A stretch of 64,000 nucleotides of DNA from Macrostomum lignano. Its lineage: Eukaryota. Positions 12,401 to 21,600 of this stretch are shown here, in pieces (positions within the stretch are counted from its first letter, which is position 1; every line of letters starts with the position of its first letter). The translations under genes were made by a program, and so were the position numbers. The notes under the pieces were generated by a model. The model was not told the origin of the DNA. It ran no database searches and was given only the letters and a program-made list of their open reading frames with translations. The stretch spans positions 62,001 through 126,000 of the forward strand of contig NIVC01001894.1 in the NCBI GenBank assembly GCA_002269645.1, read 5' to 3'.

Positions 12401-12409
12401 CCCAGTTGA
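463..12409 (+). CDS. TRAK1: Milton/TRAK trafficking kinesin-binding protein, 3' part (5' exons upstream of window)
   Basis: Phase-consistent GT-AG exons: 463-830, 1192-1440, 2412-2465, 8979-9098, 9189-9230, 9488-9996, 11126-11342, 11716-12409. HAP1_N-like coiled coil AQRALTGELGDLHDRYDECLGMLDEAQQEIRAL; Milton motifs PEKLQLVKPIEGSLTLAQWRRLATP and TYTNSKVMHPTD. Confidence 0.85.
935..1142. repeat. 33-bp minisatellite in TRAK intron 831-1191
   Basis: About 6 copies of GTCGGTGAATAAGTCAATGGGATTCTCTGATTG. Confidence 0.95.
1578..2352. repeat. 31/32-bp minisatellite in TRAK intron 1441-2411
   Basis: Unit CTGAGCTGAACATTCT(T)CAAACTACACATTCC, with degenerate units at the left edge. Confidence 0.95.
2805..3670. 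repeat. 17/18-bp pyrimidine-rich minisatellite, left part (split by copia)
   Basis: Unit CTGACCCTATTCTCTCC(C). Confidence 0.95.
3671..3929 (-). repeat. 3' LTR of copia element
   Basis: TGTTAAAG...CTTAATA on the minus strand, preceded by PPT AAGTGGGAG. Confidence 0.95.
3930..3938 (-). other. Polypurine tract
   Basis: AAGTGGGAG on the minus strand, directly abutting the 3' LTR. Confidence 0.8.
4028..6379 (-). CDS. pol: copia pol: integrase core, reverse transcriptase, RNase H (integrase N-terminal zinc domain missing)
   Basis: YFVTFIDDYSR, RTDNGGEY, PEQNGVAER, LYGLKQAPRCW, YVDD, GYSDADWAG, SKHIDIRHHF. Confidence 0.95.
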   Translation of the reverse strand: MQTTSIGGSKYFVTFIDDYSRYCSVYFIKSKSEVLEKFKIFQALVTNQTDKSIKIFRTDNGGEYTSGEFEAFCARNGIIHQTTVPHSPEQNGVAERMNRTLVEAARTMIAHAHIGKEFWAEAISTAAYLRNRSITSAVNKATPYQIWTGSKPSVQHLRVFRCVAYAHVPAEKRHKFDSKAREVRFIGYSETSKGYRCFDFQTRSVFVSRDVTFQESCFVKQLVEKQETLQLNAGTEPASSDFKCVPETVDKQEVRRSTREKKPVDRYVASVATQIDEPKTLQQALDSSFSKDWQEAANAEYESLMENRTWKLVELPKGRQTIGCKWVFRVKYKADNSVDRFKARLVVKGYSQEHGVDYEETYAPVARFTSIRTLLAVGVQRDWKIHQMDVVTAFLNGKLDEEIYMEQPEGFVVQGKETLVCKLERSLYGLKQAPRCWNQTLHDELLSLNLVQAKSEPCIYANSQSAIGVYVDDILLTASDDYMPVLKQELQSKFKMKDLGEFHYFLGIQATWKNGSLFLNQERYLNTILSKFNMMDCKPVSTPVDTSVKFYTTQTCDAKVDKTMYQAAVGSLNYAALATGPDVSSAVGVLAQYCSDSTEQHWSGVKRVLRYLKGTISSGLVFQKDSRAIDLIGYSDADWAGDHNDRRSTTGYIFKLAECPISWSSKKQQTVALSTTEAEYMALSAATQEATWLQQLLLDLRVESLKYVTILEDNQGCIALARNPVFHSRSKHIDIRHHFVREKLVGGTLKLIYCPSEEMIADILTKALSNAKFQVLKELIPVR
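6400..6888 (-). CDS. copia aspartic protease region
   Basis: WIVDSGATNHM, VLYVP, NLFSV, LYKL. Same frame as gag but separated from it by stop codons. Confidence 0.9.
7054..8004 (-). CDS. gag: copia Gag with CCHC knuckle; last ~42 codons derive from an insertion
   Basis: ATG at 8004; NYTVWKFKM, LLNSLPKSY, CFFCNKPGHLKKHC. Confidence 0.9.
   Translation of the reverse strand: MSFDAKLLVEKWDSSNYTVWKFKMKNVLMERELWEVVDGTETLAEDATNEVKVQFKRRANKALATIVLAVADSQIHLIEDAETPKEAWDKLQAYFERSSLANKLFLNRKLQALKMVEGASMQEHVNQFKDIVKRLSAIGAGVPEDYQVTILLNSLPKSYDGLITALESRADDLTMNFVLERLLHEESKRLEQESCEPSSNSKALVGFKRQQHQSVIPKVCFFCNKPGHLKKHCYKFKNSLSVTGGSNTNSRPQDLKKSNRRHQARIADAPAKDLTYRKCISRLFRSLILFPRNNNFYGNLSVVGGLRTISQSPNEA
8147..8158 (-). 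promoter_or_regulatory. Primer-binding site complementary to the 5'-half initiator tRNA-Met (copia type)
   Basis: GGTTATGGGCCC immediately after the 5' LTR; complements GGGCCCAUAACC in the anticodon arm of tRNAi-Met. Confidence 0.85.
8159..8417 (-). repeat. 5' LTR of copia element
   Basis: 257/259 identical to 3671-3929. Confidence 0.95.
8418..8850. repeat. 17/18-bp minisatellite, right part
   Basis: Same CTGACCCTATTCTCTCC(C) unit, more degenerate toward the right. Confidence 0.95.
10022..10963. repeat. 21-bp minisatellite in TRAK intron 9997-11125
   Basis: Unit GAGGATT(C/G)TATTGAGAT(C/G)CAT, with a repeated multi-unit block of about 231 bp. Confidence 0.95.
11363..11590. repeat. 26-28-bp purine-rich minisatellite in TRAK intron 11343-11715
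   Basis: Unit approximately GTGAGACAGGTAGAATGAGAGAGGGG. Confidence 0.85.
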
Positions 12410-12534
12410 TTGACTTGAGGAGTCATGAATTAAAAAAACTGGCTTACTGACTTCTAAAGTAAAAATACACGCTCTAGTTACACAAAGTTAGAGAATCGAA
12501 GTTTCTCTTAATTCGGCCTAAAAACGATTTTTAT

Positions 12535-13020
12535 TGGATCGGCCTTCAAAAATCAAAGCTGCCTAAATCGGCCTTAAAAACTGAAATTACCTAAATTTAC
12601 CTTCAAAAATCGATATTATCCTAATCGGCCTTCAAGAATCTAAAATACCTAAATCGGCCTTCAAAGATCAAAATGACCTAAATCTGCCTTTAAGAATATA
12701 AAATACCTAAATCGGCCTTTAAGAATATAAAATACCTAAATCGGCCTTCAAGAATCTGAAATACCTATATCGGCCCTCAAAGATCAAAATGACCTAAATC
12801 TGCCGTTAAGAATCTAAAATACCTAAATCGGCCTTCAAGAATCTAAAATACCTAAATCGGCCTTCAAGAATCTAAAATACCTAAACCGGCCCTCAAAGAT
12901 CAAAATGACCTAACCTAAATCGGCCTTCAAAAACCGAAATTACCTAAATCAACCTTCAAAAATTAATATTACCTTAATCGGCCTTCAAAAGTCGAAATTT
13001 CCTAAATCGGCCTTCAAAAA
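12535..13020. repeat. 29/30-bp degenerate minisatellite downstream of the TRAK stop
   Basis: Unit approximately AATCTAAAATACCTAAATCGGCCTTCAAG. Confidence 0.9.
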
Positions 13021-14364
13021 ACTTCCAGTTGATTTGCTGGTTGGAGTCGTGCAGGATAAGATTTATTGAGACCAAAGCTCACTTTTATTTTTCATCGCTT
13101 AGTTTATCGGCTTTTAAAAAACTCCTCACAGTTTGCGTTTCTTAATCTCGTTCATGTTTTGTAACTTTTTTTAGATTATTTTTTATTTAACTCTTAACTT
13201 AGATTAGGGCGTCGCAGCGCCGCGCTTTGCTGTTTGTTTTATCGTAATCGATTGGCGCGTATTTAAAATCTATAGTTTTCATATGCGTTCTATTTTAGCC
13301 AGTTAATTAGTAGTGTGTATAGGACATGCGCAGGCCCAGTATGTATAGTGAGACTTAATACTAGATGTAAATAGCCTGTCCATTGCAATTTAATACCTGT
13401 GTTTACTCTTAGAATCATGTAAATTTGCAATATGCTTCCGAGCAGATGCATTGCCGCAATCCTGTATGATTATTACTATTGGTGATCTCTTAAATGTGCG
13501 AATCAGGGGTCGGCAGCGAACTCCGGCCCTCGGGTCTTTTTAACCTTCACTGTGACACTCTAATTGTGTGACACTAAAATTGCGACATTTCTCGTGCTAT
13601 GTGACAGATTTTACGGTTCAGATCTGTATTCTTCTACTTTTCTCAGTAGTTTTAGTAAACTTAGTAAGTCTTAGTAAACTTAATTACGAGGTCTTTGTTT
13701 TATCGCTTGTTCGCTCTAGATCGACGCATCTTTGTTTTTGATGCTGATTAAAAAAAGCTTTTGCCTTCCAGAATCCTGAGTTCTTCTCTGCGTTACTTCA
13801 AGTATCTTGATGATGCTCTTTCGTGCCGCAACTATTTTAACAGCCAACCATTACATTTGACTAACTGGATATTTACTACTCAATATTAGTAAAGACTAAT
13901 CAGTAGTGTTTGCTGCGCGCTGTGTTTTAGATTTAATTGGCCAGTATTCTGTTATGCTTTGTAGATTATGGACAGACGTTATAGCTTAATTTTGTGAAAA
14001 CTTTTGAGTCATCATTGCTGTTTTGCTTTGTAAGCTACTCTTAGTAGCACCAAAGATATCTAACGGACGCATCTTGATCAGTGTTTTTAATCGCGTTTCG
14101 CTCATGGCTTCGTATAGAAATAGCTTAATTTGCAATAAATACTACTAACGTGTATTCGCTGCTTCTGCACTTATATTTTTAAGACTGCACTGAACTCACT
14201 GCTGTGTGAGATTGGTGAATCATATATTTTAGTCGTTGCACACTTGCCAGCCTAGCAAAGTAAAAGTTTCAAGTTGAGTCTAATTGTAGCCTAAATATTT
14301 CACTCATTTTTGTTGAGCTGCAGGAGTTCAACTGACATTATAGAGCATCACAATCGTCATTAAT

Positions 14365-14571
14365 GGGGGGGGGGGTTGTAGCCTAGTAGTTAGAGCGTCG
14401 GACTCATGACCTGAAGGTTGGGGGTTCGATTCCCGATCCCAGTTTTAACAATGTGCTATCTACAGCAAGACACTTAACGCTTCAGTTCGCCCAGCTGTAA
14501 AATGGGAGCCAGCATTAGCTGGGGTAATTGAGGCTGTGTGTGGCGACCTCCAGTCCTTGGACTAAACAGCC
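14365..14571 (+). mobile_element. tRNA-derived SINE with CORE (MIR-like) domain
   Basis: A box TAGCCTAGTAG, B box GGTTCGATTCC, tRNA-Met(CAT)-like arm; then GCAAGACACTTAAC...TCAGTT...CTGTAAAATGGG matching the CORE consensus pattern. Confidence 0.75.
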
Positions 14572-15142
14572 GTCAGCTGGGGGTTCAACTGACATTATAG
14601 AGCATCGCGGTGTCAGCTGGGAGCTCAACTGATATTATAGAGCATCGCGGTGTCAGCTGGGAGCTCAACTGATATTATAGAGCATCGCGGTGTCAGCTGG
14701 GAGCTCAACTGATATTATAGAGCATCGCGGTGTCAGCTGGGAGCTCAACTGACATTATAGAGCATCGCGGTGTCAGCTGGGAGTTCAACTGACATTATAG
14801 AGCATCACGGTGTGAGCTAGGAGTTCAACTGACATTATAGAGCATCACAGTGTCAGCTGGGAGTTCAACTGACATTATAGAGCATCACGGTGTCAGCAGG
14901 TGAGTTCAACTGACATTATAGAGCATCACAGTGTCAGCTGGGAGTTCAACTGACATTATAGAGCATCGCGGTGTCAGTTGGGAGTTCAACTGACATTATA
15001 GAGCATCACGGTGTCAGCTGGTGAGTTCAACTGACATTATAGAGCATCGCGGTGTCAGCTGGGAGTTCAACTGACATTATAGAGCATCGCGGTGTGAGCT
15101 GGTGAGTTCAACTGACATTATAGAGCATCGCGGTGTGAGCTG
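14572..15142. repeat. 40-bp minisatellite with internal inverted repeat; one orphan unit at 14311-14351 left of the SINE
   Basis: Unit GTCAGCTGGGAGTTCAACTGACATTATAGAGCATCGCGGT. Confidence 0.95.
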
Positions 15143-15267
15143 AGGTCTAAATAGGCACAGACATAAAAATACATATGCATGTACGCGTGCACCCTACATA
15201 CAGTAGCATAATTCAATATTAACTGAGAAAACGCTAAACTACTCAGTGCAGTAAGTAGTATACAAAG

Positions 15268-15756
15268 TCAGCAAACAGCGCAGCGGCATTCGTCCCGCTC
15301 GAAGCTGCACTGCCTCCACCAGGCCTCGTCGGCGATTCGCTCAGCAGTTGTCGTTGTTGTCGTCCTCGCCAAATCGACCGCCGGTGTCCGCATGAGCAGC
15401 AGCTGCTGTTGCTGCTCCCAGTCGTAGCAGCATCTCCGGTTGGTCCGGCACCAGACCAGGCCGCACCACACGGAGCCGCAGGCGGCCAGGCCAGTGCCAA
15501 TCAACAGCGCCCAGACTCCGGCCAAGCGGTAGCGCGCGGCTGTCGGCCGACCGGCGGCGTGCAGCAGCTCGGCCCGGTAGAGGCAGCTGCCGCCCGCTAC
15601 TATGAGCACCGCGCCAAGCAGCGCCAGGGTCAGGCATTTCGTGTACTGGCGCCGCCGGCTGAGGACATTGGCGCTGGCGCACCGGCGCTCCTGGCAACGC
15701 CGCGTATGGCGCCGCTGTTGGCCTGCCGGACGCCTGCATGGACCATTAAAGTACAT
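15268..15756 (-). CDS. Small two-transmembrane protein, unassigned
   Basis: 162-aa ATG ORF with hydrophobic segments CLTLALLGAVLIVAGGSCL and LAGVWALLIGTGLAACGSVWCGLVWC; GC-rich coding-like composition. Confidence 0.55.
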   Translation of the reverse strand: MYFNGPCRRPAGQQRRHTRRCQERRCASANVLSRRRQYTKCLTLALLGAVLIVAGGSCLYRAELLHAAGRPTAARYRLAGVWALLIGTGLAACGSVWCGLVWCRTNRRCCYDWEQQQQLLLMRTPAVDLARTTTTTTAERIADEAWWRQCSFERDECRCAVC

Positions 15757-15936
15757 GTAGTACTCTACACTTGCAAATAGTACAAACCCCGCCGCCGGAT
15801 GCTACCCTGAGGTTTTCGCTGTGCTCAAAAAAGATGCATTAACAAGTTCAGAGGTTACGCGCTCGTACATGTTCGAGTTTGTAGTGTATTTTGTCCCATC
15901 TTCATCTTATTACTGTTCTTTGGTAGTGTTAAAATT

Positions 15937-16558
15937 TTAACTTGCTTGCCTGTCTGTGCAGTGCTGCTGCTGCCGCTGACCAGTCGAACTGCTGCCGTTA
16001 ACTAGCGCGACGCCAGCTGAGTAGCCGGGCTGCAGACGAGCTCTCTGAGCACCATAATTAGCTGCTCTCACTGGCGACAGGCTGTGGAGCTGGGAGGAGA
16101 CGCGGCTGGCACCAGGCGCCCAGTGCAGCGCGGCCAGTTCGCGCTGCCGGCCCAGCTGCCTGCTGCAGTGGCAGCAGCTTCTCGTCTGGCGGCAGCGGCA
16201 ACGCTGATCGCGCGGCTCGGCTGCGAGCGTCAGCTGGTGCTGCGGAAAGTCGGACGAGTTCGAGCTGGCTGCTGCATGCTTTACTGTCAAACTGCTGTTG
16301 AGCATTGTTGTTACATACAGGTTTGGATTGACTGCTGCCCGAGCTCAGTGAGTTCGACATCAATGCACAAATACTAGCCAAATCATGTAGATGCAATATG
16401 GCGCTACTATTGGCCAATTCGTCATGATAAGAAATCAAATCTCTTGTTGCTGCGCGAGGCTTCAACTGCATGAGATCTGTGGCTGGATGCTGCTGGATGG
16501 AGCGAATTGTGTAAGCAGCTAACAGAACGCCCACGCAACAGATCCGGGTTGCATGCAT
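15937..16558 (-). CDS. Possible coding or UTR exon, unassigned
   Basis: GC-rich island with overlapping ORFs, one with a signal-peptide-like start; frame unresolved. Confidence 0.2.
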
Positions 16559-16815
16559 GCTTGAGCACAGTTTTTAATCTCCCTGCCGAGCTGAAAATGC
16601 ACTGCATAGATGTAAACTTCGCTTACTGAGATCTATCTATACATGCATGAGCAAATCTCTGCTTGCTTAGCACTCGATAGGCTGTTGCACCGACGTGTGC
16701 CTGTCTGCATTATTTTAATGTTCCTTAATGCAGCTGTTGTAAAACTTTGTACTGTCTTAATATTAAATTGATCCAAAACTCTGTACTCGTCGCTTAGGAG
16801 GTTATCACCCGGCCC

Positions 16816-17250
16816 CAAGCACTGAGTTTGGCGCCGGCCCCTAGCACTGAGTTTGGCGCCGGCCCCTAGCACTGAGTTTGGCGCCGGCCCCTAGCACTGA
16901 GTTTGGCGCCTGCCCCTAGCTAGCACTGAGTTTTGCGCCAGGCTCTGGCACTGAGTTTTGCGCCAGGCTCTGGCACTGAGTTTTGCGCCAGGCTCTGGCA
17001 CTGAGTTTTGCGCCAGGCTCTGGCACTGAGTTTTGCGCCAGGCTCTGGCACTGAGTTTTGCGCCAGGCTCTGGCACTGAGTTTTGCGCCAGGCTCTGGCA
17101 CTGAGTTTTGCGCCAGGCTCTGGCACTGAGTTTTGCGCCAAGCTCTGGCACTCAGTTTTGCGCCAGGCTCTGGCACTGAGTTTTGCGCCAGGCTCTGGCA
17201 CTGAGTTTTGCGCCAGGCTCTGGCACTGCGTTTATCACCCGGCCTCTAGC
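16816..17250. repeat. 25-bp minisatellite made of two related sub-arrays
   Basis: GCACTGAGTTTGGCGCCGGCCCCTA (about 4 copies), then GCACTGAGTTTTGCGCCAGGCTCTG (about 12 copies). Confidence 0.95.
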
Positions 17251-18658
17251 AGGACGCATGTCCCACAAATTCCTACTTGAACTGCTGTGCAGTGATGCAA
17301 GCCCTAGTCTCAACATTCAGCAGCTATATATGATCCAACTGGAGCTGAAAGCGGCAACTGTGCTTCACAGTTTCATGTGGCACCACTAAGTGTTGTCTGT
17401 CATACATCAGTTACATAATAATTAGTATAAAATGTGGATGGATAATCCATATTTAATTGTAACTATTGCGTAATCAATCCATGCACAAGGCTAGCTACAG
17501 CATACTGAGCTGCTTCAGCGCGCACTAAAGCAATTAGAAAGTGTGGGAAAATCTGCTTTTAAATCATGCAGATAGTCGCACATGCATGTAATCGTATGTG
17601 CCAACATTATACATGTAGAAACATGGAATGATGGCAGCCTTTTTGGTTGCGCCCCACCCCCTATTATCGAGTGCAATTAGATAGACTAGCTGTTAATTTC
17701 GCAATAGTCTCTCTGGAGACCCATGCACGTAGTGTTGAAAAAACGTTATTTGTAAGAACGCGATCATATTACGAAAAAATTAATTTAGTAATTAAAAAAT
17801 TGCTGAGAAAACTGCCTGAAACTGTTTCAGCGCTAATTCTTTTATTGCACCTAAAAGTGTCAGGACTTTAATGTATACTTATGTTGTTATTCATGGCGAA
17901 TTGTTTCTGTTCTAAATTCTTCACTCGTATAGCCATGCAAAAGTTACGCAAAATATGGGACTTGAGGAATGAAGTTATACTCAGCAACGTTAAAAAGTCG
18001 CCACTCTATGCGCCAGTGAGCAATTTCTCTTGGACTATTCTGAAATAAAAGATACGAGAAAACTGATTGGGGTAGCTTTAATCCGTCCAACCCTCGCACA
18101 CCGCTCCCCCCATATGCATAATTCAGAAATATAAAACTCAATTTTCAACCTTACGGCATTTTCATGTTCCACTTTAAAAAAGCTAAATGACGATTGATTA
18201 AACACTGATAAAATTTCCATGATTAAGATTATAGGGCTACGCGTCCTTTTAACAAAACTTGAAATTTCCATTGTGTTCCGAATAACAGGGTCTAGAGCAA
18301 TCTAAAATTGCCTAAATGACCTCTGAGTTTTAAAGAATGCATGAAAAGCCTATTACAAAAGCCTATTACAATAAAGTATTTCTTTCTTTGTGAAAGAGAA
18401 TTGACAAATTTTAAAGTACACCCACAACAATGCAAGTTTGTTTGAATGAAAGCGCTTTTCTGGAAAATGAAGTACAGATTTAACCTATTCTCTCACGCAG
18501 TCCAAAATTTTGATATTGACCGAACTAGATAGTTACTTAATTAATTTCTAGTAGCTGGCCCTTGCTTTTCAACTTTTCAAACGATAATAATAGTTTCAAC
18601 CAGTGCACGAGGATCAACAAAGCATCATTAATATCGTATACTCGCTTTAACAGTTAAT

Positions 18659-21600
18659 ATGAAGAAAAAGAATCAACTGATGTCAACCAACAGACCGAGC
18701 CTGGCTGATGATATTGCTCAGCAAGACCAGCCTACTCAGAAATCTGGACGAAAACGTAAACTAAATGAAGATGATTGTCCTGTATCTATAAAAGTAAGTA
18801 AAAAGCTGAACAGTGAAAGAAGAGTGTTCTCATCACAGACACAGACACAGTTATTTATTGTATTAAGACCTAGCTTCAGCAGTTAGCAAGTTGTGAACTG
18901 CCGATATTATATTGGTTTGATTGAACGCTTTGTTAAGGCTAAGCCCATAATAATTTAAATTTAATAGGGCAGGGCATTATGAGCCTATAACAGAACTCAA
19001 AACTTTATCCTTTAACATTAGAGTAAATGTGATTTATGTTTTTGTTATAGCTTAAATGCCTTAGGCCTAATATTAGAATATCAATTAACATACACACACA
19101 TATATAGTTTTCATTTTTAGTATATCTGATTCATAGTAAATGTTAATTTAATGGGCCTATATAAATCTGGATCATTTTTTAATGCTAGTCATCTTAGGCC
19201 TATCAAGTGCCATTTTGTAAACTTATCTACAAATAGGTTTTAGATAACTTTATTGGTCATTTTATTGTTTTAATATACATTTTTACTAGGCCTATAGAAC
19301 ATTTAGTTTAATCTGAACATTGAAAAGGTATGAAAAAATCATTGAGAAGGGTTCTATTGAGTCTTAAAAACTCTATATAGAGTTCTAATTCTAAGTACTA
19401 CAAATTAGGGGCCTAATATGTAGAGCTTATACAAAATGATAGTACAATGTACATTGATTATGTATAAAAAAATTTTTTGAATTGACAGCAGTGATGGGCA
19501 CTACTAAATTTATTTAACTCACACATTTTAAATGAATAAGCTAATTAATGCTATTGCCAATAATTTATTTTTATTATCAATGCTAAAAAAATCCTCAAGC
19601 TGCTAAACTATCAGAGTAATAGTTGGTAGAAAGAGTTCCTAAACTACAATGCTGTTTGCCTTGAAAAACGTCAAGGGCCCTTGCTATTGGGGCCATGGCC
19701 TTCTTATACTCAAGAAGGAAAGCAAGATCATCAGCTTGAAATGGTAATATAGGATTTATTATCCCACTATCACCCTATTGATATAGCCTGTTGCTTCGCA
19801 TCATCATTTAGAGAATATCAACTTAGCAGAATGTTGAATTCTTTGATTAAATTATTAAATGAAGTCAAACAAATCAACAACTTTTTGCTAACAAATTAAA
19901 GGTAGTAAGAAAACTTTTAAAAGTCAATGACAAAAACAAGATTAATTGTTGATAACAAAAGCAAAAAAAGAAATTCAAATTTTGTTTTGCATTCTAAGAA
20001 AGTTAGAAACATTAGAGATTTAGGGTCTCATTTAAGTATTAAACAGTCATTAACTGTAAATTCTAGTTTTATAGCAAAAAAATTAATTTAGCACAATTAG
20101 CAATTTTAAGAAAATATTAGTAGCGCTTTGATAGCGTGCAATAATTAGAATTTCAATTTAGTGGAATTAGCCGCACTAACAAAATGTTAGCAGCACTTTA
20201 GTGGAATTCAAATTTAGTGGCGCTAGTGCCTATCACTGATTGACAGTCAGATAAGATAGTAGACATTGGACTTGTTATTATGTTTGGATAAAAATTCTTT
20301 ACAATGGGTTCATTATGATTTGTAGAAAAAAATGGAAACCAAATTTCAAACATTGATTTTGACTCTTTAGAAGAATTTTTAAAGATAATTTTTGGGCAAT
20401 AGGTGTCAAAATGAATAGAAATTTTCAAGCACTCAGCTTGCCACTCTACTAATACTATGTTATACTTTTATAGCAGTTATACTTATAATAGTAAAGGTGA
20501 TACTGTTGACTCATTTAATTAGAATCAATGATAATCTTTTGGTAGCCTTAGAAATATCAGTTAGCAATTAAGAATAAGGATATCATGACAACAATTGGCT
20601 GCAATTTGATTGACACACTCTTAAAATACATCACTTGTCCTACTTAAACATTGAAATCAATAAAATTGGCTTCAACCAAAAATTGTCAACAAATCATGAG
20701 TATAGCATCCTAATGTACTGCTAGTGGTTCATGCTAGAAAACTTGCAAGGAGTCAATAAACAAAGATGTTAATTGCTTCAAACATATCTTTTTCTGCATT
20801 ATTTGGGTTGAACAAAATAATTTATAAGCAAAAGAAACAAATATAATAGTTTTCATATACCAACAAACTCCTTAATTCATGATTCTTTAATGCTTAATGC
20901 AAGCTTTAGCTTAAAAATCAAGAACCACATAATCTATTGTCTCTTTTTTACCATTGTATAATTGTATTTTGATCAGTTTTGTGCTTTTGGGAAATATTTA
21001 ATGCTTAATTGGCAGTTTAACACCTATTTTTTTATTTTAAAGTACTGGAAGTACTGGCTTATCAATGGTAACTTCCATTACCAAAGTTTGTCATTCTAAA
21101 AAAAGCTAGAAAAAGTGCCACTTTAAAAGAAGCATAATTCTTAGGGCATATTGTAAACAAAACATTTAGTTGAAGGCTTTTTTTGCAGTATAATGTCTAG
21201 TGTATAGAAGAACTTTTGTTTGAATTATAGCAATTAATTTCCCCTATTAGTGTAATAAAGTTACACTGTGCAAGTGGGGGGCACCTATTAAATATCTAAA
21301 GAATAGGCCTAGCTTCTATGTATTTAGCACATTTCAAAGCTGCAATAAAGATTAAAAGTCATGCCAAGGAAAATTAGGGTGCATTATCAAACTTGTTTAT
21401 ATCTTGAATTAGACTAAGTAGATTATTTATACAAATGTGTAGTGTGATTTAATATAAGTATTGGAAATATCATTTTAGATTGGTCATAATTTTTTATGAC
21501 TTATAATTGGGAGTTTCAAATCCTAACCTATTTAATAAACCAATTTTTAGTATGTCGACAGCAAACTGAGCCAGAAAATTCTCAAAGTTGCACAGGAGCA

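Noticed and set aside
13030-14300. Possible decayed LINE coding sequence
   Set aside because: No diagnostic RT or endonuclease motif could be read in any frame.
14572-15142. CRISPR-like appearance of hairpin repeats (also 25333-25996 and 47095-47344)
   Set aside because: No unique fixed-length spacers, no cas genes, and a eukaryotic context.
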